A stretch of DNA of 54,610 bases, the filler included, from Diploschistes diacapsis (taxonomy: Eukaryota): assembly GCA_023645945.1 (NCBI GenBank). It is 4 parts of 4 records of this genome, joined end to end, with 100 filler letters (N's around TTAATTAATTAA, not from the genome) between each part and the next. Parts side by side here need not be neighbours in the genome. Positions count along the whole stretch, not along the records: positions 1 to 13,584 come from JALAIB010000643.1; positions 13,685 to 27,262 come from JALAIB010000644.1; 2 more parts are not named here. One strand, 5' to 3'. Numbering within the stretch: the first letter of the stretch is position 1; every line of letters starts with the position of its first letter. Below are positions 12,391 to 23,621 of this stretch, piece by piece. A program made the translations under genes and the position numbers. The notes under the pieces are model-generated. The model was given only the letters and a program-made list of their open reading frames with translations. It did no database searches and was not told the DNA's origin.

Positions 12391-13584
12391 TAGGACCTTC
12401 CATGTGTAACTATGTCCGGCGAGCTGTCCCCTTCGGGGTAAGCGAACCAATTAGAGTTAGGAATTAGAGCCAGCCGTAGCTGAGTCATACAGGCACCAGA
12501 AGGCAGCTGTGGCCGATTGCAGCGCTAATTTAATTGGTTCGTTTATTCTATCAAGGGGAACAACTTCATCCAGCACAAAGAGGTGCTCGAAACATAAACC
12601 ATACCTTGAATAGAGCATTACAAACGTGTAAAGGTAAGGCTACGAGTATGATATTAATAGACAAAACTGTGAGCGGTTAGATGTGGGTAACAAAGCCGTA
12701 GCGTACAAGACTCAGTACCAGTTCGGCACGCCTATTGATTCAATCCGATCCTTCAATACTTCATGAAGAGTCGTATATGTTTGGGATGGCTTTCTACTTC
12801 ACCCCTTATTAGCGAGTAATACGTGCGAGTCAGTAGTCTTCCCAGTTCATACATATCGAGGTTGAGCCCTTCATATAAACATACGGTGATAGAAACATAA
12901 CTCGAACGGGTGTAGAAATTGCGTTTTTGTTAGACACAACAACCAACACTCGCTTGAAAAGTCAACACAGTAGGTAAACAAAAAGCTTTGTCTCCCACCG
13001 TGATTATATTATCGATGCTGATCGGAGGGGTGTGAAAGGCCATGACAGCATATAATATATTACAAGGACTCAGGAAAGCCCACTCTGTAGATAAACTGAT
13101 TGGTGGACGTAGATAAGTAGCGAAGCAAAGCGGGCGTGACAAGCCTGGCTGGATCGCGATTATCTCTGACAGTTAGTGCAGACGTCAGCTAACGCAAGCT
13201 GTGGGCTCTGAGGGCCCGGGCGACTATTGCTAATCTAATCTGCAGTAAGCGGAAAGATTCAAGCTGTGGAGTCTCTTTTCTTATAATTTTATATTTTTAA
13301 ATTTTTTATTTATTTTAAAGCTTCTTCAAGTCGTTTGGGGCGAGCATTACACATGTGCAATATCTTATTATGGATAATAGATTTACTCATTGAAGATCTG
13401 CTGCGTAGATATAGATATCGATATAGATAGATACAGATACAGTACACGTACCAGGCACTATAGGCAGCAATATTCAATCAGCATTGATATTGCATAGTTG
13501 GATAAAAGCCCGATAAGCCCGACACGTTTCACGCACGAGACGAGGCTCGAAGGGTCCTTTGTCCGCCCCCCCCAGAGAGCCCCC

Positions 13585-13684
13585 NNNNNNNNNNNNNNNN
13601 NNNNNNNNNNNNNNNNNNNNNNNNNNNNTTAATTAATTAANNNNNNNNNNNNNNNNNNNNNNNNNNNNNNNNNNNNNNNNNNNN
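13585..13684. other. Artificial contig linker (N44-TTAATTAATTAA-N44)
   Basis: Six-frame stop spacer, identical at three positions in the window. Confidence 0.98.
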
Positions 13685-14289
13685 GGAGGTGGAAAGAGAG
13701 GGAGAGGGGGTTGGAGGCGGAAGCGGAAGCGGAAGCGGAAGCGAGAAGTGGTGAGATATATGCAAAGACGAGATTTGGGCAGGCTCTAGAGCGTGGCTGG
13801 ATGGATAAGTGGACATGTGCATACTTTTAGTACTTTCATTTACCCATTCCGGTTGTCGCCAAGGGGGACTGCAAACCGAGTTGGGCCCATCTAGTGCATT
13901 GTATGCAACCCATCTCCGTATATCCTACATGTGGAAACGGCTCCTTTTTCCTTCGCTCATCTGTATGCCTCCCTCCTTTTCCCTCGCTCATCTGTATGCC
14001 TCCCTCCCTCTCTTTACGGCGCCACTGCCGCGTTCTGTCCCTCCTTTCAAGGTAAAGGGTCGGACTTCCCCGACGAGTAGCCGGAATCTCGTCTTGTCTC
14101 TCAGCGACACTGGTTGACCTCTCTGAAAAAAACATAGGAACATAGTAACGGATGACATGCTATCGTAGGACACCGGCGTAAACCCCGGACGGGACCCGAT
14201 AAACTCCTCGCTTGATTTCAGATTTCCCATACATGAACCCGCGTCACTCCCTTTCCCCTTGCGAATACCGCACCGGGGACGGAACCGGC

Positions 14290-17170
14290 TCACTGCTTCC
14301 ACGACCCTCCGCCGCGCGTGATCTGGTCCAGCATGGCTTGCACGTTCTGTCCATGTGCCATGGCTCCAAACTGTGCTTGCTGGGGATGGCCTTGCTGCGG
14401 ATAAACCTGCCCCTGCGGAGGGTACACACTTGGCCCACCTCCCACGAAACCTCCGTAGCCCCCTTGCCCCATTTGCTGCTGTTGCGCTGGCGGGTATCCC
14501 TGCACACCCGAAAACCCCGCACTTTGTGGCGTGATGGGGGTATGTTGGCCACCGGCTTGTTGCTTCCCAATCTGGCTAAGCAATGCCTGTAGGTCCTGAT
14601 TCTGGTTCTGACCCTGAGGCACGGAAACTGTGGGCGATACCTGCTGTTGCTGCTGCTGCTGCTGTAGAAGCTGTTGTTGCTGCTGAGGGTTAGCCTGCAT
14701 AGCACCCAACAGCTTCTGGAGCGCGGGCCCATCAAGCGTGGAGATGAGAGAAGCGAGGGAGGGTTGCTGCTGCACGGCCGCCGCGGCGGAAGGGGGGAGG
14801 TGTTGCTGTAGCTGCTGCTGGGCTTGCTGTGAGATCTGCTGCATGTGTGGCTGAATGCCGTATTGCTGGAGGGCTGGGAAGGCCTGCTGCTGTTGGGGCT
14901 GCTGAAGTTGGGTGAACTGGGGAAGGGCGGCGGCGGTTGTGGTGATTTTCTGCTTGGTACGGACTACAAGCTCGGCGGCGGTTGGAAGGGCTTCAGCATA
15001 TTCTGGAGGCCAAAGTTAGTCGCTGCTGCGGACTGTGGGAGACTAGTTCAAGATAGTTACCTTCGAAACGAACGTTCGAGGCTCCACCGCTCCTGTCGAA
15101 GATCTGGATTGGAATCTTTCCTGTGATTAGTGCGTCACGGTGTAGTTTTACGATGGCATGGACGCCCTCCAGAATCTGGCGGCGGATGATGGCTTGTATG
15201 GGCAGATCGGGCATCATGAGCACTGCAACACGAAGTCCGCGATCGCGGAAACCTTTCTCGACATACTCAACAAAAGGCCGGTCTAGTTGGTCAAACAGAA
15301 GGACTTGCACGTCGGGCACATCCTGGGGATGGCGCTTCGGCAGCGGCAGCATGTCGTCGTCATCTAAGCTACGACGTCGGGGACTTGAGCTACGGTTGTG
15401 TCTGATGCCTCTTCCGTATGGCGATCGGGAACGTTCACGGCCGCCACGATATCCGCCGGGCGGAGTACGGTTACGGCCGCTGCGGTAGTTGTCTCGACCG
15501 CGAAATCCTCGAGGGGAAGGGGAGCGATTTGGCCGGTAGTCGTCACGTCTTCTCGGCTCGTCACGGAAGTCGCTAAATGGTGGGTTGCGGCTAAAGCGGT
15601 CGTTGTTGCGCTGGCCTCGGGATCCGGGCCGACGCTCTGGAGAGCGCGAGCGTCTGTAATGGCTGGCACGAAGTTGCTCCCCAGCAGCGGATGCTTGATT
15701 GCGCGAGTTTTTGGGTGGCTTTGAGATTTCGAGATGCATGTTTCTGTCTTTGATTTTCCCACCTTGCTCCGAATGGAGGGCAGCTTCACATGCCTCTTTG
15801 TCCATGAATTGCACAAATCCATAAGCTTGCTTGATGGAAATTTGCGCAAGCCTACCGAACCTGTGGAAGATATGGAAAATATCCCGCTTCGTAACTATCT
15901 CACTAGGTAGATTGCCAACGAAGAGGCGTGAGTCTCGTGGGAATTTATCCCAAGCACCTTCTTTTGTGTACACTTCCTCGTCACGGAGGAACTGGTCGTA
16001 CTTTTGCTGGATTTCTCGCGGCCAAGGCTTCTCATCCTCCCTTGATCCACGCTCGGGATTTGTTCCGCTTCTCACCGCCTCCTCTTGCTGCTTCGTAAAG
16101 CTTGAGCGACCGCCTTCTGGTTGCTCCACAGGTCTTGTTTGTTGTTGGAAAGACGCCATGGGTGGAGGCGGAAGACCGTTGGAGCCGAGTGCGGCCACGC
16201 TAGGGGACATGACATTAGGGGTAGGGTATTGCGAGTTTCGATAACCGTTGTTTGGCGCGGGATTTTGATGGGCTTGAGGGTTTGCATGATGAGCTGGAGG
16301 GTAATGATATGCGGATATATCTTGTCCGGGGGTATAATTAGGATGGATCGCAGGCTTTTCTTGTGGGGGGGGACGAGGTGGCAGGCCGGCAGGTGTAGCA
16401 AGGTTTGTAGAGGGAAGAGTGGCGCTACTTGAAGTAGGAGTATCAGCGTTTTCAGAAGGCTGCGAGACTATTGCAGGAGCATTGCTCGCTGCTGGGGCTT
16501 CCGACTCTTGCGGAGACACAATGTTGTCTAGAAGTGCTTGATAATTCACTTCCGTGCTCTCACCATTTCCGGCGCTCTTTTTTTGACTTGGGCTGGCCGC
16601 ATTCGTTGGTTCTTCCGTGCTCGCGGTATCGACGGGATTTGGATCAGACGGGTAAGCTCCGGTAGAAGGATGGGAAAAGGATGGGATCTTCTCGGAAGTG
16701 TTTATCGACGAAGTAAGAGGCTCAAATGAATCCACTGAAGCAGGAGGCTGGGTAGGAAACTGTGAGGATTGCATGACATTGAGAGTAGAATCTGACTGTC
16801 CCTGTGTCCCTGATGTGTCTTGGGCAATGGATGACATTCCTTGCACGTCTCCGAAGCCCTCAGAATCTTCACTATTCTGATGCACCATGCTTTCATCATC
16901 GTTCTCTTCGTTGCCCGTAGTTTCTGTTGGCTGTGCAGTGGCAGCAGCTTGCGTAGCTGCAAGTTCCGCCATCTCGTGATCCATGGCCGTCATGTTTCTT
17001 GCGGCAAAGGGCGGGTCAAGGTGTGTTGACATGAGATTAAAGAGGGGATCCGTCTGGTTTTCTAGGACGGGGATCGTGGACGGCTCCGGGATATGGACAG
17101 GCCTTGGGCTCTCAGGTGTTCTAGATCTTGCAAAGAACTTGGGATGCTCTTGTGAAGAGCTAGAAGTCAT
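14290..17170 (-). CDS. NAB3: Nab3-like nuclear RNA-binding protein (RRM, RS-rich region, NCOA5-like domain, polyQ tail)
   Basis: RRM SRLFVGNLPSEIVTKRDIFHIFHRFGRLAQISIKQAYGFVQF. Intron 15060-15003 (GTAACT..CTAAC..CAG) joins a Gln-rich last exon. First ATG of the ORF is at 17170. Confidence 0.8.
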
Positions 17171-17964
17171 TGAGGCAAAGGGTACACCTTGAGCGTCACA
17201 TCTACTGAAGATGGAGGGATCTGGAGATTTTAGGGCTGGTGAATCTTTTATCAAGTGTGCACACGCTGAGCGAGATCACCGGCATTCAATAGGGACATAT
17301 CAAATACAGGTAGAAAGGGTTGATGAAGAAAATGCAGATGTTGTTTGTGGTCAGCTAGAGGTTTGATAAGTTGCTTTGCTTCATGGTTGAAGAATTTTTG
17401 CGAAGCACAAGGAAACGGGGCGTCATAGCTCAACACGTGATCTAAGGCTTGCTATCAGCCAGAGCCTGGTCTCTCGACGTCTGAGTTCTACACCTCACCT
17501 ACAGGCTTTTGCTACACACTTACTACTATTATTGGAAGGCATGAACATACTGGGAACGAGGTACCTACAAGTCAGATCACTTTTCCTTTCTGTCTGGCTC
17601 TCCTCTCTAAACAACCATGCATGTAGGGAATAAAAGAAGCAGAAATACCCCCTGACCCAATGGCAATGCGGAACCCGGAGAGTCAAAAACCTTTGAAGAA
17701 GCTGGTGAGGCATTGGACTCAAGTGGACTCAAGTGTTAGGCTTTGTACACATTTCCCAAAGGATCTCGCACGTTGTTTGCGCGGAGACCTCTAGTAGCCT
17801 GTTTTTGGGCTTTGCATGCTGCTAACAATCGTTGAAGGTAACGGTAACGATTGCTGCGATATATTTATAAACAAGAGCTTTGCATATCATATTCCTTCAA
17901 TATGCTCGTAGAATTGCTTAGGACCGACTTTCAGAGCTAACATTATGGGTATCTGCCATCATCT

Positions 17965-20576
17965 TCAGCTAATAGGTTGATGAATCACACATGCACAGAT
18001 ATGGGATCCAGGTAGTTCGTACTGGTGTTCAATGTTGGTGTGTTGGATATGTCGCATTAGTGCCATGGCCGTTAAAACATCTCTCAACTTCTCAGCTAAG
18101 CTTTCCGCTCGGGCCTCTCCTGGATTGGTCATTGCCAAGTCAAGATCAAGCATGAATATGGCCTTCAACTCGTCCGGTATCCTATGATGTTTTCCCCTGT
18201 CATGCATATTCTTGATTACTGTATGTGCTTCGACAACGGATGAGGCACCCTTGTGGACAGCCATGGTAAGAAGACCTCGAACAATAGCTTCAAAAAACCG
18301 GAACGAAGCGAAGAGATTCTGGTAGCCCTTGATACACAGTTCAAGATAGGTCTGCCGGCCTGGATCGCTCGGGTTGCTCAACATTGCATTTGCGACATAC
18401 AGAAGTGCAGTGTGCCATAAGATGCAATAAGTCGCAGATTTGAATTTGGAATGATATACAAGATTAGTCGCTTGAGTGGACGCATGGATGCAGCAAAACT
18501 AGCGTCTGGCCAGCTCTCGGTTGATGAAAACGTCATCAATTTCAAAGGTGCGGTTCTCCTTTGCGTGAATGCCGGAAGATCTCGAGTATGGGAGCGTGGA
18601 AAAGAATGCTTGTTCCGGATTAGTTGGGCCATACTTATAAGTGATGACGGGCAAGTAGTGGTGGGTAAAGACTTACACAATACTTACTGTGAAATAACCA
18701 CATGATGGGGGTTCTCGTCTCCACAGGTGCAGGTAGTGGTCAGGCCGTCTGCCCACTGCCAGAGTTTCCGGTATGTGGAGTCAGCAAATTCCATGGGTAC
18801 GCGACCAGGAACGGGAAACAGATCAGATGAATAATAGACCAAAGTAATCTCCTGAAAGATGGCCCAAAACTTGGAGATCGCGGGGGAATATGTTGCCCAT
18901 GTACCGTGGCAGGGGCTTAGAAGTTATCCGAACCGTTGTGGCATCGTGTCCAACGTGGAAGAGGTCGCCTGGAATCGGCAGCACTGGAAGTGCTTTTGGC
19001 CCTTGGTCCATATAATGAAGAGAATGGAGACTTCGACGATAAGCAGATGTTCCTAATTCAGATAGGAGACGTGGTGTATCTAACTTGATCCAATTAAAGA
19101 CCCCCCATGCTACGTGTGCACTGGCTCGAAGCCAGAAGTCAGACATCGCACTAAAAGAAGCCAAAGCTACAGGCCTGTCCTGAACATTGAAAAAGCTCAT
19201 ACGCTCCCCCATACGAGTACCTGCTTGCAGATATTCTGCCGCTATATCATCCTTCCCTTGGTATATACAACCTATGCTTAGAGCCGAGCAGCGACGACGG
19301 CAGATAATGAATCGACACCTCGTTCCTCACCCCAAATTCTTTTCAGCCTCGTCGTAGAAGGCATAACTTATGGCAGTCCCTGCGGAAGTGATGGAACTAT
19401 ATGCCTGCTTGAAGCAAGTTAGTCACTTTCCGCTGATGATTGACATGCACAAGCGCCAAAAAGAAACGAATTGACAAGAAGTGAAGTGCAAAATCTTTTA
19501 GAGGGAGTTATAAGATCTTCCAAAAAGATGTCAACATCAACAGTCCATAGATTGATAGTCCGTCTCAAGATATATTGAGATTGCTTGAGCAGCAAATTCG
19601 TCTGAAATAGGCACGTTGGTCCAACAGGCAATATCAAGTTGATGTAACCGCCTGTCACAATATCTCGGTGCCTCAATCGGTCCGATTTGGGCGGAAATCA
19701 GCTTTCTCTTTTGTTCTCGAAGCGGAGAGGGCGGGCCATACTCAAATGCATCCGATAAATAGGTGCTGGCAGAAGGAAATGTGGATCCTGGAAAGGGGTT
19801 ATCCACGTCAAGCGAAGTGTATCTATTCCTCCAATCAGTGGTAGTTCAAACTCGAGACTTTGATTGAGCACCAAGGGCTTACATTATCCCATAAATCATC
19901 CATACGGTCAAACGCTTCAGGCTGGGTAAAGAGGTCTATACTCGCTGTGCCGCTATCGATAGGAGGCAAAGCGGGATAAGCTATTTGGTGCTCTATCATA
20001 AGTTCAAACTCGAGTCCAGACTCTGTAAATGGTATGACGCCTTGCGCCATTGTTCGGTCAGATATTAATGGGCGGTTTGTGCTTTTCCTACCATCAATTG
20101 CAGCGCTGACAGGACGTCTGCGGAGGACCTTAGATGGATAAGGATCTCGGCTGCTTTATCTTTCGGCAAGATTCTTTTAAGAGCCCAAAGCTTCAACAGA
20201 TCTACGTTCCGCTTCCTCAAGCTCGTGTTCTCTCTTTTCAGTGCCGATTGTGGTGTTTCGTCTGCGGTCTGGGTCCTGTAGTTGCATTCATAATTGCGGG
20301 ACACGCAAAGGCGTGCATTTTGGTCTTTCAGGATCGCACTAAAAGATTGCAGGTCAGGGCCAATCAAGTGTCACGGCGCCTGTGTGTATAGTAAGGGGAC
20401 GTTGTAGATAGAGCGTAACCAACTGCTGCTTTCCTGGACCGGCATGTGTTGCATGCAATCCTAACAGGGGTCCACTGAAGCCGCCTCCTTCTGTGTAGAG
20501 GGGAACTCGTCGAGTTCGTCTCCTCACCTTTACCACCTTCAGAAGTAGGAAATAGAGGCCGTAGTTTTCGATCCAT
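17965..20576 (-). pseudogene. Frameshifted Zn(II)2Cys6 transcription factor with fungal TF middle-homology region
   Basis: CNTCRSRKAA, intron 20423-20339, then CDPERPKCTP(+1 nt)CVSRNYEC. Downstream fragments (LEFELMIEHQIAYPAL, AISIYLETD, FLEDL..CTSLLVNS, IVRGLLTMAV, MLDLDLAMTNP) lie in shifting frames with stops. Confidence 0.78.
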
Positions 20577-21208
20577 TGTCTCGCAGTCTTAACTACTGGA
20601 AACCGCAAGATAAAGAGTCTGGCGAATTGTGAAATACCCTGGATTGGCTTCCTATATAGGGATATTGGGGCTGTGGCATCCCAGCGGTGATCCGTCACGC
20701 CATCTCTCAGATGTGTTCAGGTGGGCGAGAGACCTCTTTCTGTCCTTGCACCACCTTTTTGGGAAAGAGGAAACCCTGCAGCGCTCAAGAAGTAGTTCAA
20801 CATTTTTTTGCCACCCGATCTGATACACTCACGGCGTTCCCAACCGCACGTTTCGTATGCGCTTGGTTACTTAAGGTAATCGGAATTTCAACATGCCTTT
20901 CAAGGGTCCAATTCGCCTAGGGAGATCCAGATCATGGCTTTGTGTGGTTACAAGAGAGTATTCGAACAGGTTGAAACTTAGGAATGTCAGCGAGTAGTGT
21001 GTGCTTCCCTCGGAATTGATACTACTTTGCTGAGCTGTTAGAGCGGTACATGTTCCATATCAAGCTCTGTTAGTGAGGAAGCCAGGGTGGAGTGAGAGCT
21101 CACTTTTTGCGCTAAAAGCTGGTCTTGGTCCAACGTTCGTACACCTGAATATGTACTCCGTACTATCTCATCGATAGTCGATTCTTTATTTACACTCAAT
21201 CAACTGGA

Positions 21209-21895
21209 ATGCTCCGCGGCTACGTCACAACGATCAGATGCAACTCTGTGAATCTACTCTCAAGCTCCTACAAGGCAAGATGTTTCAATTCTCGAGGCCT
21301 CACTGGCGATGACGTATCTTCGGACGAGCAGGAGGCTGCACGCACCTGGCTCGATAACCACAACAGGCAAGGGATCCCCCGTCGACTGTGTAACGTAACT
21401 TTCTCTCGCTCGTCTGGACCCGGCGGACAACACGTAAACAAGTAGGTATCATACCGGCCGCGTCCTTCCAAGAAGGCGCTTCTGATCGGAGCAGGACCAA
21501 TTCCAAAGCGACATTGAAGCTCAAGCTGGCGGACCTATCTCCAATACCGCCCCGGCTCATCTACGAGCAGCTCTGCAACTCCAGATACTCGGCTGGGAAG
21601 GGCGAAGCTTTGATCATACAGGTTGACGCTAGTCGAGCCCAGAGCGACAACAAGGAGGAGTGCTTTTCCAAACTGGATCGCTTGATCAGGGATGTTTGTG
21701 AGAGAGTCGTTGTTACCCAAACAAGTCCTGCGCAACTGGCAAAAGTCAAAAACTTGTATATTCTATCCTTACTATGTGGGGTATCGTTACTCTAACAGTT
21801 TTTCTTACAGACAGAAAGCAGAAAAGGAAAGACGCTTGTCTATGAAGAAGAAGCAAAGTGCAAAAAAGAGCTCGAGAAGGAGCTCAGTCGACTAA
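21209..21895 (+). CDS. PTH4: Mitochondrial peptidyl-tRNA hydrolase, ICT1/ArfB-like (RF-1 GGQ domain)
   Basis: FSRSSGPGGQHVNK-TNSKATL, SRAQSDNKEEC and a basic tail KERRLSMKKKQSAKKSSRR. Introns 21442-21494 and 21756-21810. Confidence 0.88.
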
Positions 21896-23308
21896 TCATT
21901 AACAACTATTTGTTGGTCATTGAGAGCGTCTTGCAGTCCAAGCAAGCGCTGATTAGAAGGCCACGTATCGAGTGCCCATGGTAGCATAGCCATTGTCTCT
22001 ACCTTGGCGTTCTTAGAAGCTGTCTCAAGTAGCGATGCGGTGAAATCGCCAGCCGGATCGGTCCGTTCATTTGATACCAGTCTGCACTTGACCAGAGTCC
22101 GTAGAAGCAACGCACGGAGTACTGCTTTGACACTGTCGTCCAGATCTCGTTGCACGTAAGAAGACACCCAAGATACTGTTCTTTGGACTAGATTAGATGA
22201 TGGATGGTCATCTAGCGAGGACCTGAGGCGAGAGAAGACAACTCCCAATGCCTGAGCTAGCTGGGCTGTGGTATGAAATACCCCAATCAAAGGTTGGCGA
22301 ATCCAGCAATCTAAAGTCACAGAACCGCTGGGATCGATCTTCTCAAGATAGTCGAGCACATGCTGCAAAACTTTGACGCAGCAAGGAATGGTATCGAAGT
22401 TGCAGATTAGATCAACAAATTCTCCCGCAAAGCTGGTACCGTTGAACTGATTCATGGCTGCGTCGAATATCGCAATCGGAATCGCACCCGATAGAGCGGG
22501 CGTGGCTCGCAATGCTTGTAGCGCATTTCGGTCTACCACCTCATTTGTTGCTACGCTTGGGCCCATATCACGTTGAGTGACCGCGGGAAGTGCAACTATA
22601 TCGGCTTCCGGATTGTCAAGGTCTTCAAACTCCTTTTCTGCTGTTCCAGAGCCGGTCAGACCTAAGATTTGCTGTCTTCTAATGACTTTCGCGATATAAA
22701 CCAATTCCAGCCTAAAATATGAAAGCCACAAGGTTCTAGACCCCTTGCAGAAGCGTAAACCTCTTTGCATGAAGCTTCGTGCTTCGGCCATGTCTCCATG
22801 CTCGTCAATTGCGAATTTTGCAGCGTGAATCCAAACTTCTGGCTTCGTTGGGTGAAGGCGTACGAGGTTTGTATAGATTATAGAGACCCTGCTGAAGGCC
22901 TTCTGCTTCTTTGCAGCATTCAGGTAAAGCATCCACAGAGCAAGGTCTCCCGGAAACTTGGTTGTGCCTCTATCCAATAGAGTGAGTATCCGCTTATGTC
23001 CAGTATACCTGTTGCTCTTAACACCCAGCCTTTTGGCTTTCTTACTCCGCAAAGCCTCGACATTGACTTCGAATTCGGTATATCGGATGAAATCTACAGG
23101 CTTGGAGCCTCGTCCATTGATCTTGTGCTCGAAATCAGATCTCCTTTTTATTATGCTTGTGATCTCTGACTGCCACACGACTAAGCGCCGCTTTGGATGA
23201 AGGTGTACGGGGACTGACCTTGGAGAATATTTTCTTCCTTTCGAGCTCCTGGAGATCGGGTATGGACTGTTCCAAATAGAAGCGCGCTTTGTCTGCTGCC
23301 CCCGCCAT
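21892..23308 (-). CDS. UTP6: U3 snoRNA-associated protein 6 (HAT repeats)
   Basis: Exon 1 23308-23219 reads MAGAADKARFYLEQSIPDLQELERKKIFSK. Intron 23218-23170. Exon 2 reads SEITSIIKRRSDFEHKI..KFPGDLALW..ARSFMQRGLRF. Confidence 0.92.
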
Positions 23309-23621
23309 ATCCACCCACTCAGTACATGAAGATGTGCTCTGAAATTGACTTTCTTGCGGGAAATTCCATGTCTTTTCACTTGGGTGGGCAGAGCTTGGGC
23401 CAGCAAAGCCTTACCGTAAGGCCTTTACTGGACATATCGGAGTTTCACGCCCCGTACGACTTTAAAGTGCTTATCAAGTTGTTGAAAGCTGTGCTCAAAG
23501 ATCCTTTTGGTTGCCGGCAAAGAGCTTCTAATTTCTTGTTTTCTACTTTTCTTCTTGTCTCTCTTTATATGGATGCTGCAATTCGAGTACCTTTTTAGTA
23601 CTGAATATCAGTGAGCCTGCA
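23309..23621. promoter_or_regulatory. Probable bidirectional promoter between UTP6 and CWH43
   Basis: Divergent start codons are only 313 bp apart. Confidence 0.5.

Noticed and set aside
12426..12445. CCCCTTCGGGG hairpin resembling the U6 snRNA 5' stem
   Set aside because: No ACAGAGA box or AGC/ISL sequence follows.
13190..13280. tRNA-like or ribozyme-like stretch with a CAAGCTGTGG direct repeat before a T-rich tract
   Set aside because: No cloverleaf, T-loop consensus or ribozyme core could be built.
13629..13640. TTAATTAATTAA palindrome occurring three times at regular spacing
   Set aside because: Synthetic linker inside N runs, not a biological repeat.
23309..23406. ORF-track N-terminal extension of UTP6
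   Set aside because: The conserved N-terminus is a separate exon starting at ATG 23308; the ORF track reads through the intron in another frame.
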